Below are positions 12,416-25,649 of a DNA stretch of 64,000 nt, in pieces. The notes beneath the pieces were generated by a model. That model saw only the letters and a list, made by a program, of their open reading frames with translations. It searched no databases and had not been told where the DNA came from. The position numbers were made by a program, and so were the translations under genes. Within the stretch, counting starts at the first letter, position 1, and each line of letters starts with the position of its first letter. The DNA comes from Felis catus (Eukaryota), in contig NC_058368.1 in NCBI RefSeq assembly GCF_018350175.1, positions 111,478,001 to 111,542,000 of the forward strand, in the 5' to 3' direction.

Positions 12416-12700
12416 GTTCCTTCCTTTCTTCCTTCTTTCCTTCCTCTCTCTCTCTTTCTCTCTCTCTTTCCTTCTCTCTCTGCCTTTCTCTTTCTTCCTT
12501 CCCTCCCCCCTCCCTCCTTCCTCTTCCCTTTCCTCCCCTCCCCTCCCCTCCCCTCCCCTCCCCTCCCCTCCCCTCCCCTCCCCTCCCCTCCCCTCCCCTC
12601 CCCTCTCCTCTCCTCTCCTCTCCTCTCCTCTCCTCTCCTCTCCTCTCCTCTCCTTTCCTTTCCTTTCCTCTCTTTTTCTCTTTCCTCACTCTATTTCTTC
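12416..12700. repeat. Polypyrimidine tract with about 14 copies of CCCCT (12535-12604) followed by (CTCCT)n
   Basis: Directly visible. Confidence 0.95.
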
Positions 12701-12745
12701 TGTTCGAGGCATTTAAGAAAATATCTCTTTAAACACTAGCTAAAG

Positions 12746-12960
12746 GGGGCGCCTGGGTGGCGCAGTCGGTTAAGCGTCTGACTTCAGCCAGGTCACGATC
12801 TCGCGGTCCGTGAGTTCAAGACCCGCGTCAGGCTCTGGGCTGATGGCTCAGAGCCTGGAGCCTGTTTCCGATTCTGTGTCTCCCTCTCTCTCTGCCCCTC
12901 CCCCGTTCATGCTCTGTCTCTCTCTGTCCCAAAAATAAATAAACGTTGAAAAAAATAAAT
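12746..12960 (+). mobile_element. Young felid Can-SINE (SINEC_Fc-type)
   Basis: TSD AAACACTAGCTAAAG on both sides. Confidence 0.95.
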
Positions 12961-13543
12961 AAACACTAGCTAAAGGAAGAGACTTCAAAGACCTACATGT
13001 GACAAAGAATACAGTGTTTTTTTAAGATTTTATTTTTAAGTAATCTCTTCACCCAACATGGGGCTTGAACACACAACCCTGAGATCAAGAGTTGCATGCC
13101 CTATCAATTGAGCCAGCCAGGCACCCCACAGAGAATACAGTTTTACAAAAACTTTTTAGAAAGGCCACTAAACAAATGACTGCTATCCACAGAAAGTAAC
13201 AAATTCCGAGGAGAGGGAAGAATCTGATTTTTAGAGCTACTACACTGTAATATTTAAAATGTACAGTTTCAGGGGCGAGTGGCTCACTTGGTTAAGCATC
13301 CAACTTTGGCCAGATCATAATCTCTTGGTTCGTGAGTTTGAGCCCCACGTGGGACTCTGTGCTGACAGCTGGGAGTCTGGAGCCTGCTTTAGATTCTGTG
13401 TCTCCCTCTCTCTCTGCCCCTCCCCGTCTCATGCTCTGCCTCTCTCTCTCCCTCTCAAAAAATGAATAAACATTAAAAAAATTTTTTAAAAGTCTAGTTT
13501 CAAAAAAAATTAAGCATGCTAATAAACAAGCAGGTATGGCTTT

Positions 13544-13915
13544 ATTTATTTACTTATTTTTAAATAATTTATTGTCGAGTTAGTTAACATACAGTGTATA
13601 CATTGTAGTCTTGGCTTTGGGAGAGATTCCTGTGATTCATCATTTATATACAACATCTAGTGTTCATCCCAACAAGTGCCCTCCTCAATGCCCATCACCC
13701 ATTTTCCCTGCCCCCACCCCCATCAATCCTCAGTTTGTTTTCTGTATTTAAGAGTGTCTCATGGTTTGCCTCCCTGTCTGTAACTTATTTTTCTTTCCCT
13801 TCCCCTATGGTCTTTTGTTAAGTTTCTCAAATTCCACATATGAGTGAAAACATATGATATTTTTTCTGACTGATTTACTTCACTTGGCATAATACCCTCC
13901 AGTTCCATCCATGTT
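13544..13915 (-). mobile_element. Carnivore L1 3'-end fragment inserted into the older L1
   Basis: T-rich tail at left and L1 3' UTR reverse complement. TSD AAGCAGGTATG(G/A)CTTT at 13528-13543 and 13916-13931. Confidence 0.85.
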
Positions 13916-15141
13916 AAGCAGGTATGACTTTTACACAGGAGAAATGAATAGAAACTGTCCCTGAGAAAGCACAGACACTGGAATTACTAGACAAAAAGTT
14001 TAATAAGTTCACTGTGTAAAATATGCCCAGGGAGCTAAAAGAAACCATGGGAAAAGAGCTAAACGTAACCAGGGGAACAATGTTTCAAGAAAGAGAGAAT
14101 ATTAATAAAGAGATAGAAATTATAAGAAGGAACCAAACAAATTCTGGAGTTGAAAAGTACATTAATTGAAAAATTCACTGGAGGGTGCCAGAGCAGATTT
14201 GAACAGGCAGAAGAAAAATCACTGAATTTGAAGACAAATCTATTTAACTTAGTCTGAGGAGCAGAAAGAATAAAGAATGAAGATAAATGAACAGAGTCTA
14301 ATAGACGTGTGGGACACAAACATATCAACATACATAAATTAAGAGTTCCAGAAGAAGAAAGAGAAAGAGAATATTTGAAAAAATAATAGCTAAAAACTTC
14401 CCACATTTGATAAAGGATATATACATCCAAGAATCTATAAACTCCAAGGACAAACACAAAGAGTTCCACACTGAGACACATAATTGAGTCTCAAAAGCCA
14501 AGCACAAAAAGAATCTTGAAAGCACCAAGAGAGAAGCAACTTTTCACGTACAAGGAATTCTCAATAATATTAGCACCTGATTTCTCCCCAGAAACTGTGG
14601 AGGACAGAAGGAAGTGCCAAGACAGATTTAAAGTACTGAGAGAAAAATACTGTTGACCCAGAATTCAATATGCAGCAAACCTGTCTTTCAAAAAATGAAG
14701 GAGAAATTAAGACATTTCTAGATACACAAAAGCTTGTGGAATTTCTTCTACAAGAAATGCTAAAGTTTGCCCTGGGGTGCCTGGGTGACTGAGTTAGTTG
14801 AGCATGTGATTTCAGCTAGGGTCATGATCTCATGGTTCATGAGTTTGAGCCCTACATTGGGCTCACTGTTGTCAGCGCGGAGCCTGCTTCAGATCTTCTG
14901 TCCCCTCTGCCCCTCTCCCACTCACACTCTTTCTCTCAAAAATAAACATTTAAAAAAAGGTATTAAAAAAGAAGTGCTAAAGATAGTTCTTTAGGTGGAA
15001 ATGAAACTAGACAGTAACTTGAATCCACTGATAGAAGTAACTACATAGGTAAATATAAAGGCCAATATTATTGTATTTTTGGTTTGTAACTAAATGTACT
15101 TATGTATGTGTGTGTGTGTATGCTTTGAAATACAAATGCAT

Positions 15142-15356
15142 GGGGCGCCTGGGTGGCGCAGTCGGTTAAGCGTCCGACTTCAGCCAGGTCACGATCTCGC
15201 GGTCTGTGAGTTCGAGCCCCGCGTCGGGCTCTGGGCTGATGGCTCAGAGCCTGGAGCCTGTTTCCGATTCTGTGTCTCCCTCTCTCTCTGCCCTTCCCCC
15301 GTTCATGCTCTGTCTCTCTCTGTCCCAAAAATAAATAAACGTTAAAAAAAAAATTT
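15142..15356 (+). mobile_element. Young felid Can-SINE (SINEC_Fc-type)
   Basis: TSD GAAATACAAATGCAT on both sides. Confidence 0.95.
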
Positions 15357-16714
15357 GAAATACAAATGCATAAAACAGTTATAGTTAATGGGTGCACAAT
15401 GTATAAAAATGTATTTTGTGGGGTGCCTGGGTGGCTCAGTCATTTAAGCATCCAACTTCAGCTCATGGTCATGATCTCATGGCTCGTGAGTTCGAGCCCT
15501 GCATCGGGTTCTGTGATGACAGCTCAGAGCCTGGAGCCTCTTCATATTCTGTGTCTCCCTCCCTCCCTCTCTGCTCCTCCCCCACTCACACTCTGTCTCT
15601 CTCTCTCAAAAATAATAAACATTTAAACAACTTAAAAATGTATCTTGTGACAACAAAAACATGGGGGAGGGATGGGGCTGTAAGGAAACAGAATTGTTAT
15701 GTACTATTGAAGCTAAGGTTGTATTAACTAAAAATAGATTGTTACAAGTTTAAGAGCTTAATTTAATCATGAGAGTGACCACCAGAAAATAACTTAATAA
15801 ATGTACACAAGAAGAAATAAGAGAGGAATCAAAATGGTACACTATAAAAAAAAAATCAAGCACAAAAGAAAGCAGTACTGGAGGAATTAAGGAACAAAAA
15901 AGGTATGACATATAGAAAACAAATAGAATGGCCGAGGTATTTCTTCTTTGTCAGTAATTACTTTAAATGCAGAGGAGTTGAGCTTTCCAATTAGGACAGA
16001 ATGGGTTTTTGAAATCCAAATATATGCTATCTCCAAAAGATTAACTTGAGATTCAAAGATACAAATAGGTTGAAAGTAGGGGCGTCTGAGTGGCTCAGTT
16101 GGTTAAGCACCGGACTTCTTGTGGCTCATGAGGTTGAGCCCCACATTGGACTCTGTGCTGACAGCTCAGAGCCTGGAGCCTGCTTCAGATTCTGTGTCTC
16201 CCTCTCTCTCTCTGCCCCCTCCCCTGCTCATGCTTTATCTCTCTGAAAAATAAATGTTAAAAAAAAAAAAAAAGACAACCCAAATAAGTTGAAAGTAGAA
16301 GAATGAAGAAAGATAATCCATGCAGGTATAAATGAAAAGAGATCTGAGTTGGCTGTACTGATATCAGATAAAGTAGACATTAAGGCAAAACTGTTACAAG
16401 AAACAACATATTTGACAAAAAGGGTCAATTCATCAAGAAAATACAATAATTTTGCTTAACTGCATACAGAGCATTCTCCAGGATAGACCATATGTTAGAC
16501 CACAAAACAAGCTGCAATAAATTTAACAATACTGAAATTGTACAAAGTATCTTTTCTGACAACAATGCAATGAAACTGGAAATCAATAACAGCAAGAAAA
16601 CTGGAAAAAATTCAAACATATGGAACACTCTTAAATGACCAGTAGGTCAAAGAAGAAATCACAAGGGAGATTAGAAAGTACTTTAAGGTGAATGAAAATG
16701 AACACACAACATAA

Positions 16715-16875
16715 CACGTAAGAAATATAATCAATAATATTGTAATAACTTTGTGTGGTGACATATAGTAACTACACTTACCCTGGTGAGCATTTCACAA
16801 TGTATATACATGTCAAATCACTGTTGTACACCTGGAACTAATATTGTATGTCAATTATACTTCAATTTTAAAAAG
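16715..16875 (+). mobile_element. Short L1 3'-end fragment
   Basis: Terminal L1 motif TGTACACCTGGAACTAATATTGTATGTCAATTATACTTCAAT followed by an A-run, interrupting the older ORF2 remnant. Confidence 0.7.
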
Positions 16876-17576
16876 CATGATAAAACTTACAGGATGCAGC
16901 AAAAGCCGTGCTCAGAGGGAAATACATTCCTGTGGATGCCTGCATTAGGAAAGAAAAAAGATCTTGTATTAATAATCTAGCTTTAGACGTTAAGGAACTA
17001 GAAAAAGAGCAAACCAAACTTAAAGGTAGCAGAAGGAAGGAAATTAAAAAGATTAGAACGAGATAAAATCGAGAATAAAGAAAGTCAACAAAACCAAAAT
17101 TTCATTTTTTGAAAAGATCAACAAAAATGTTGACTTTAGCTAGATTGACTAAGGAAAATAAGACTCTAATTACTAGTAATAGAAATGAAAGTTGGGACAT
17201 TACTACCGACCTCATAGAGATAAAAAGGGTTATAGGAGAATACTATAAACAATTGTACACCAACAAATTAGACAACCTAGATGAAACTAACAAATTCCTA
17301 GAAACATACGACAAAACTCAAATAGGAAACTATTTTTTTAGTTTTATATATAAAGAGGTTGAATCACTAATCAAAATCTCCCAACAAAGAAATGCCCAGG
17401 GCCAGATGACTTCACTAGTTAATTTTCTGCTGCATTTAAAGAAGAATGGGGGCATCTAGGTGGCTCAGTCAATTGAGTGTCCAATCTTGATTTTGGCTTG
17501 GGTCATGATCTCAGAATCATGGGATTGAGGCCCATGTTAGGGAGCCTGCTTGGGATTCTCTCTTCCACTGCCCCTC

Positions 17577-17660
<84 letters not shown>

Positions 17661-18251
17661 AAATAAAGGGAAATGAACACCAATCCTTCTCAAACTCTTC
17701 CAAAAATTAGAAGAGGATGGAACACTTTTGAATTCATTACATCAGGCCAGGATTACCTTGATACCAAAGTATCACAAGAAAAGACTACAGACAAATATTC
17801 CTTATGAATGCAGATACAAAAATCCTCATGGAGATACTAACAAACTGAATTGTGCATCATACTTAAAATTTTTTTATGTTTTTATTTTATTTTTGAGAGA
17901 GAACAGTAGCAGGGAAGGGGCAGAGAGAGAGACAGGGAGACACAGAAGCTGAAGCAGATTCCAGGCTCCAAACTGTTTGCCCAGAGCCCTATGCGGGGCT
18001 TCATCTCATGGATGGTGAGATCATGGCCTCAGCCAAAGTTGGGTGCCCAACTGACTGAGCCACTCAGGTGCCCCTAAGCAGCATACTGAAAAGGGTTATA
18101 CACTATGATTCATTCCTAGATTTATCCTAGGAATCCCTTCAACATATGAAAGTCAATCAATGTCATACACCAGTAGAATGAAGGAAAAAATTCATGTTTG
18201 CATCAATTCTTGCTGAAAAATCATTTGCAAAATCCAATACCCTTTCATGAT

Positions 18252-18253
<2 letters not shown>

Positions 18254-18297
<44 letters not shown>

Positions 18298-18558
18298 AAA
18301 CTAGAAATAGAAGGGAAATTCCTCAACTTGATAATGGGTATTTATGAAAAAATCCACAGTTAACATCATAGTCGGTGGTGAAAGACTGGAAATCTTTCTA
18401 AGATCAGGATCAGGAGCCTGCTTTCACCATTAAAAAAATTATGCTGGAAGTTCTAGCCAGAGGAATTAAGCAAAAAAAATTACTTGAATTGGAAAGGAAA
18501 AATTGAGATTATCTTTTTTTGCATGTGACTTGATCTTATGTATAGAGAATCCTAAAGA

Positions 18559-18597
<39 letters not shown>
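18254..18597. repeat. Two (CA)n microsatellites (about 18254-18296 and 18561-18598)
   Basis: Directly visible. Confidence 0.95.
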
Positions 18598-18598
<1 letters not shown>

Positions 18599-21500
18599 CT
18601 ATTAGGACTATTAAATTCAGCACAGTTGCAGGGCACAAGATAAACAACGAACATTAGATGTATTTTTTATACTAACAGTGAACAATCTGTAAAGGAAATT
18701 AAGAAAATTCCATTTACAAAAGCATCCAAGGGGTGAAGGGGCACCTTGGGTGGTTCAGTCCGTTGAGCATCTGACTCTTGATTTCAGCTTAGGTTATGAT
18801 CCCATGGTCATGGGATTGAGCCCTGCCTTGGGCTCCATGCTGAGTGTGGAGTCTGCTTAGGATTCTTTCTCTCTCTCTCTCTCCCTCCCCTGCTTACATC
18901 TTCTTTCTCTCTCTAAAATAATAATTTAAAAACATCCAAAATAATAAAATACCTAGGATTAGATTTCACCAAGGAGATGAGAGATGTGTGTCCTGAAAAT
19001 TATAGAACATTGTTGAAAGAAATAAGACCTACATAAATGGAAAGACATCCCATATTCATGGATTAGAAGACTTGTTAAGACTTGTTACAAAGACTTTCCA
19101 GAATGATCTACAAATTCAATGCAATCCCTATCAAAATTTTAATTGCCTTAAAAAAAAAAAGAAAAGTAGATTCTCAAATTCATATGGATGTGCAAAGTGC
19201 CCTGAGTAGGCAAAAACGGTATTGGAAATGAAGAACAGAGTTGGAGGACTTACACTTTTGATTTTAAAACTTACTACAGAGATATCGTAGTCAAAACAGT
19301 GTGATACAGGCATAAGGATACATGTAGACCTATGGAATACAATTGAGATCCTAGAGATAAAACCAAATAATGTGGCTAATTGATTTTCAACAAGAGTACC
19401 AAGACCATTCATTTAGGGCAAAAATAATTTCTTCATCAAATGATTCTGGGACAACTTTATATCCACATGCAATGAGTGAAGTTGGACCCCTACCTCACAC
19501 CACATTCAAAAATTAACTCAAAATGGATCAACGTCATAAATCTAAAAGCTAGAATTCTTAGAAGAAAACACAGGGGAAAATGGTCATGACCTTGAATTTG
19601 GCAGTGGATTCTTAGGTATGACACCAAAAACATGGGCAATAAAAGGGAAAAGTAGATAAATTAGACTTCACCAAAATTAAAAACATTTGTGAGTCTAAGG
19701 GCACTATCAAGAAAGTGAAAAAGTGAAAAGACAGCCCACAGAAAGGGAAAAATAATTGCACATCATATAGCTGTTAAAAGATTAACGTGTAGACTATATA
19801 AAGAACTCCCGCAACTCAACAGCAATAACAACAAAATAACCCAATTTAAAAATGCACAAAGGGGGGCACCTGGGTGGCTCAGTCAGTTGAGCATCTGACT
19901 TGAGCTCAGATCATTGTCTCACAGTTGGTGGGTTTGAGCCCTGCTTTGGGCTCTGTGCTGACTGCTCAGAGCCTGGAGCCTGCTTTGGATTCTGTGTCTT
20001 CCTCTCTCACTCTCTGCCCCTCCCCTGCTCGTGCTCTGTCTCTCTCTCTTAAAAATGAATAAACATTAAAAAAATGCACAAAGGACTTGAATAGACATTT
20101 CTCCAAAGAAGATATGCAAATAAGCACATTAAAAGATGTTCGAAGACAATAGTCATTAGAATGGAAAATGCAAATCAAAACAACTTCACGCCCACTGGAT
20201 AGCTATTGTAAAAACAAAAACTCCAAAATTGGAAATAACAAGTGTTGGTGATGTGGATGTGAAGAAGTTAGAACACTTGTGCATTGCTGGTGGGAATGTA
20301 AAATCATGTAGCCACTTTAGAAAACAGTTTCTCAAAAAGTTAAACATAGAATTGCCATATGATCCAGCAATACCACCAGGTGTGTACTCAAAATAATTGA
20401 AAACAGGGACTCAAGCAGATACTTGTACGCCAGTGCTCATAGCAGCATTGTTCACAGTAGCCAAAAGGTGGAATCAAGTCATGTGTCCATTGGCCAATGA
20501 ATGGATAAAGAAAGTGCGGTGTATATGTAAAATGGAATATTATGCAGCCTTAAAAAGGAATGAAATTGTGATACATGCTACAATATGGATAAACCTTGAA
20601 CACATTATGCTAAGTGAAATAAACCATATATAAAAGAGCAAATTATTATATGGTTTGTACCTAGAATAAGCAAATACAGACAGACAAAGTAGAATGGAGT
20701 TTTCTAGGGCATAGGGGAGAGGGGATGTAAAGTTACTGCTTAATGGTTACAGAGCTTCTGCTTGGGAGAATGAGATAGTTCTGGAAATGGTAGTGTTGCT
20801 GGTTGCACAATACTGTGAATGTACTTAATTCCAATGAATTGATTGTACACCTAAAAGTGGTTAAATATTATAATTTTCATGTTTTATACATATTTTACTA
20901 TAATCAAAAACAAAGGTTATAAATACAACTCACACCCCCACTGAATTTTATACTGTAAAATAATGAATTTTATGGTACATGAAATATTTCTCCATTTTAA
21001 AAATTAATGAGCTGACTTGTTGGAAAAAAGCAACAAAATAAAATCAAAAAGAAGGAAAAAGGAGAAGAAAAAGGAAGGAAAGTAGAAAAGAAATAGTAAA
21101 GAGCAAAAATTAAGGAAATGGAAAACGAAGATTCAATAGAAGGTATCAACAAAGCCAAAAGTTAGATCTCAGAAAACAATTACAAAATAACTTTATTCAG
21201 GAGACAATCAAGGTAAATAGAAGCCCTGAATTATGTTAGAGTTTTAAAAGGAAAATTATAGGTGACATAGATATCAGAAATCTAATAATTTTGTGCCAAA
21301 AAATTAAAAACCTAGCTGAAATTTTTTTCTAGAAAAAAATTATAAAACTGACTTTCAGTAAAAAAGGAAAAACCTGAAATAGTCTTTATATGTCCTTATA
21401 TGTCTTTTACTGGCTATAAAGCATTGAATTCATAGTTAAAACTTCCTGTCCCCAAAACTTACAAACTCACCTGGACTAGATGGTTTTATATTCATGGAGG

Positions 21501-23641
21501 AGACAATTCCAAACATAGAAAATGCTTGTTTTGATTAGATAAATGAGTACATCTACCCTGCCCACAGACAATTCCTTTTGTGAATTTCATTTCTGCAGGA
21601 TACTTAGTGCCCAAACTAGACAAGGACAGTATGAGAAAGACAAATAACATCCGATTACATGAACATGGACACAAAAATCCCAAACAGAACATTGGGAAAC
21701 TGAATCAAAATGTATGAAAAAAATTATATATCATTGCCAAGTTGTTTTTTTTCAGGAAGGCAAGTATTAGAAGAATCTACACATTTTATTAACCAGCTTA
21801 AAATATTAAAGGAGAAAAAAAACACACCATGAGATCATTTTGAGAGATGCAGAAAAAAAATTTCATAATGAATATCCTTTAGGATAAAAATTTAGCAAAC
21901 TAGGGATAGAAAGGAATTATTAAATATTTTTTTACATTTATTTATTTTTTAGAGAGAGAGAGAGACAGAGTGTGAGTGGGGTGGTGGGGTGGTGGTGGTG
22001 CAGAGACAGAGGGAGACACAGAATCCAAAGCAGGATCCAGGCTCTGAGCTGTCAGCACAGAGCCTGGTGTGGGGCTTGAACCCACAAACCATGAAATCAT
22101 GACCTGAGTCAAAGTCAGACACTCAACTGACTGAGCCACCCAGGTGTCCCGTGAAAGGACTTATTTTTAAACCGATTATGTAAAACTTACATCAAAATGC
22201 ACACTCAGTGATGAAACTTTAGTGGTATTCTCTTTCAAGGTGTTAAAAATGTGTCATTTCTGCATAGAAACCCCAAAAGAATCTGAAAAAAATTGTTTTG
22301 TGAAAAAATTGTTGATAAAGTTAATACTACTTAATAAAGTTAATAATTTTGTTTATTTGAGAGATAGAGTGCATGTGCCCACTTTGAGCAGGCAAGGTGC
22401 AGAGTCAGAGAATCTTAAGTAGGGTCCAGGCTCAGCGCAGACCCTGATGTGGGGCTTGATCCCACGACCCTGGGATCACTACCTAAGCCAAAATCAAGAG
22501 TCAGGACACTCAACTGACTAAGCCACCCAGGTGCCCCAAAGTTAATTATAAAGTCTAACAAGTTTGTTGAATATATGACCAATAAATACAATCAATTACA
22601 TTGAATGTATCAGCTATAAAATAGCACTTCTAATAAGAAAATGTGAAAAATACTAGAGGCAAATCTAATAAAAGACTTTTGTGATCTTTAAGGAGAAAAC
22701 AATTTAAATATATAAAGGTAGTTAAAAAAGACAAAGGGGGGCGCCTGGGTGGCTCAGTTGGTTGAGCGTCTGATTTCAGCTCAGGTCATGATCTCACAGT
22801 TCATGAGTTCGGGCCACATCGGGCTCTGTGCTGACAGCTCAGAGCCTGGAGCCTGCTTTGGATTCTGTGTCTCCCTCTCTCTCTGCCCCTCCCCCACTCA
22901 TGTTCTGTCTCTCTGCCTCTCAAAAATAAAGAAAACTAATTAAAAAAACATTAAAAAAAAAAAAAGAAGACAAAGAAATGGAAGGATCTATTAGACCATG
23001 GATAGAAAGGCTCAGTTTCTTAGAGATGCATTCTCTCCAGAGAAATCCAGAAGGCAGGGTTTTTTTATGGGTTGCCAAAAGCTGATGCTAAAATTTAAAG
23101 AAAAGAATGCAAGACAAAAAGCAAATGAACAAGATGGTTTTGACAGTTAAAAGGAGAGAGAAGGCCTGACTTACCAGGTAACAGGACTTTCTGGAGAGCT
23201 TTAGTAATGAAAGCAGGGTAATGAAGCAGGAGTAGAGACCAGCACAGCAGGGTAGAGCACTTGGAACCAGACCCTGGCCTGTGTGAAGACGTGGTACCTG
23301 TGGCACCAGGGAAGATTCTGCAGGAAACAGTCCTAGGACCATTGGTTGTACATGTGGAGAAAGCATATAACTGGATCTCTACCTCACAGCACACACAACT
23401 GGCTTAAAGACCCAACACAAGGGGTGCCTGGGTGGCTCAGTTGGTTAAGTGTCCGACTTTGGCTCAGGTCACCATCTCAGCTCAGACCCTGGAGCCTGCT
23501 TCAGGTTCTACTTCTCCCTCTCACTCTGCCCCTCCCCCACTCATACTTTGTGTCTCTCTCAAAAATGAATAAATGTCAAAAAAAATTTTTTAATAATAAA
23601 AAAAGACCCGGGAAAAGTGATACTTTAAAATGTTTAGAAGA

Positions 23642-23871
23642 GGGGCGCCTGGGTGGCTCAGTCAGTTGAGCGTCCGACTTCAGCTCAGGTCACGATCTCG
23701 CGGTCCCTGAGTTCGAGCCCCGCGTCGGGCTCTGTGCTGACAGCTCAGAGCCTGGAGCCTGTTTCCGATTCTGTGTCTCCCTCTCTCTCTGCCCCTCCCC
23801 CATTCATGCTCTGTCTCTCTCTGTCTCAAAAATAAATAAACGCTAAAAAAAAAAAAATTAAAAAATAAAAT
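23642..23871 (+). mobile_element. Young felid Can-SINE
   Basis: CpG-rich full-length copy with TSD AAAATGTTTAGAAGA. Confidence 0.95.
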
Positions 23872-23988
23872 AAAATGTTTAGAAGAGAGTATACTTACAG
23901 GGTCTCGGGAGGGAAAGTTTTCACAAAATGCAAAATATATAAATCATGAAAAAACAGCTTTGATTAATTTGATTCCATTAAGATTTTA

Positions 23989-24218
23989 TTTTATTTTTTT
24001 TAAAATTTTTTTTCAATGTTTTTATTTATTTTTGGGACAGAGAGAGACAGAGCATGAACGGGGGAGGGGCAGAGAGAGAGGGAGACACAGAATCGGAAAC
24101 AGGCTCCAGGCTCTGAGCCATCAGCCCAGAGCCTGACGCGGGGCTCGAACTCCCGGACTGTGAGATCGTGACCTGGCTGAAGTCGGACGCTTAACCGACT
24201 GCGCCACCCAGGCACCCC
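23989..24218 (-). mobile_element. Young felid Can-SINE (SINEC_Fc-type)
   Basis: TSD ATTCCATTAAGATTTTA at 23972-23988 and 24221-24237. Confidence 0.95.
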
Positions 24219-25649
24219 TAATTCCATTAAGATTTTAAACTTGTGTTCATCAAAGGATCATTGAAAAGGTGAAAACATACGTCAGCATAGAAGATATTTG
24301 TGACACATAGTACAGATTCAGAATACTTGAAAAATTGATTGTCTTGCAAGCCAGTAAGAAAAAGAACAATCCAGCAGAGAATTTGGCACAAGATAAGAAA
24401 TAGGCAGCTTACAATTTAAACATATAAAAAGATGTCCGACTTCACTAATGATTAGAGAAATGACAAGCAGAATAAAAAAATCAGATACCATTGCATATTC
24501 ATCAGACTGACAGAAATGAAGAAGTTCAACAGTACAAAGTGTTGGTGAACACGTGAAGCGATAGGAACATTGCTGATATTAAGGTATATCAGTACACTAG
24601 CTTCAGAAAACACTTCTCTATTCAGCAAAGTGGAAGATGCTGACGTCCGGCACTGACTAATTCTACTCGTAGATAAATGACTGGGAGAAGCTTTACACAT
24701 GGGTATGATAAAACGTACAAGTATTACTCTACCTTTTTGTACCAGTATGCTGTTTGCAATAGTAAAAATTACCACCAAGCCAAATATCACCCAGTGGGTT
24801 ATTGGATAAATAAATTACAGTATTTTCCTAAGTGGTATTGCTACATAGTAGTAAAACTCTAAACTAGGTTTATGAACGCAACAGAGACAAATCTCATAGA
24901 TTTTAAATGAAAAAAAAAAAAAGAGAAAAACAAATTGCCAAAGAATACTTCAGTGACTATGCTATTTGTGTAATATATGAAAAAATGCAGAAGGATGCCA
25001 TGTACTTTTAGGGATATATATGTGGTAAGAGTATAAAATACAGGAGTTCCGGATTTATGGTCGGATTACCTTCGTGGGAGGGAAGTGGACTTGGTCATTG
25101 AGGGCTGGACAGGAGACTGCCTGCATGGTAATAATGTTTTATTTCTTAAGCTGGGTGGTAATACATGGTTGTTCATTCTGTTATTTTTTTTACATCATCT
25201 TGTGTATCTTAAATATTACATAGTAGTTAAGAAATAAAAATGTATGTAAATGGTTGCCAAGTAGGAGCCACAAACATAAGTATACAGGACAAATAAAACA
25301 CCAGCTGCCTTATTGTTACCCAAATGGATAGTTGTGGCTTGAATTACCCTTTCCAGTGGCAGCATCTGACATATATTTAAAAGGTGATAAATCTCAGAAA
25401 CCTTCCTTTTTTTTTTTAACGTTTATTTAATTTTGAGAGAGAGAGAAGAGAGAGAAAGAGGCAGAGAGAGAGACACACACAGAATCCGAAGCAGGCTCCA
25501 GGCTCTGAGCTGTCAGCACAGAGCCCGGCGTGGGGCTGGAACCCACGAACTGTGAGATCATGACCTGAGCCAAAGTCAGATGCTCAACCGACTGAGCCAT
25601 CCAGGCGCCCCTCAAAAACCTTTCTATTTCCCTCCAGAAACTCTCTCTA

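Larger units (their letters stand above)
10228..20075. mobile_element. Further Can-SINEs in intron 2: about 10228-10442 (-), 11092-11325 (+), 12200-12415 (-), 13020-13127 (-), 13271-13490 (+), 14774-14970 (+), 15420-15635 (+), 16078-16275 (+), 17448-17667 (+), 17865-18075 (-), 18738-18930 (+), 19862-20075 (+)
   Basis: Each shows the GGGGCRCCTGGGTGGCTCAG head or its reverse complement plus a CT-rich region and A tail. Grouped entry; coordinates approximate. Confidence 0.85.
11860..20910 (+). mobile_element. Old, near full-length decayed L1 (L1MB-like) interrupted by younger SINEs and L1 ends
   Basis: Colinear remnants: ORF1-like 13930-15000, endonuclease/linker 15950-17450 (ORF 17109..17459 YYKQLYTNKLDNLDE), RT and C-terminus 17670-20630 (ORF 20397..20633), 3' UTR 20640-20910. 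Subfamily from memory; boundaries approximate. Confidence 0.8.
21010..25240 (+). mobile_element. Very old L1 ORF2 and 3' end remnant (L1ME-like), interrupted by SINEs
   Basis: Decayed ORF2-type motifs in colinear order, ending in an L1ME-type 3' tail near 25150-25240. Confidence 0.6.

Noticed and set aside
12746..12820. tRNA-like A-box/B-box sequences
   Set aside because: These are the tRNA-derived heads of Can-SINEs, not tRNA genes.
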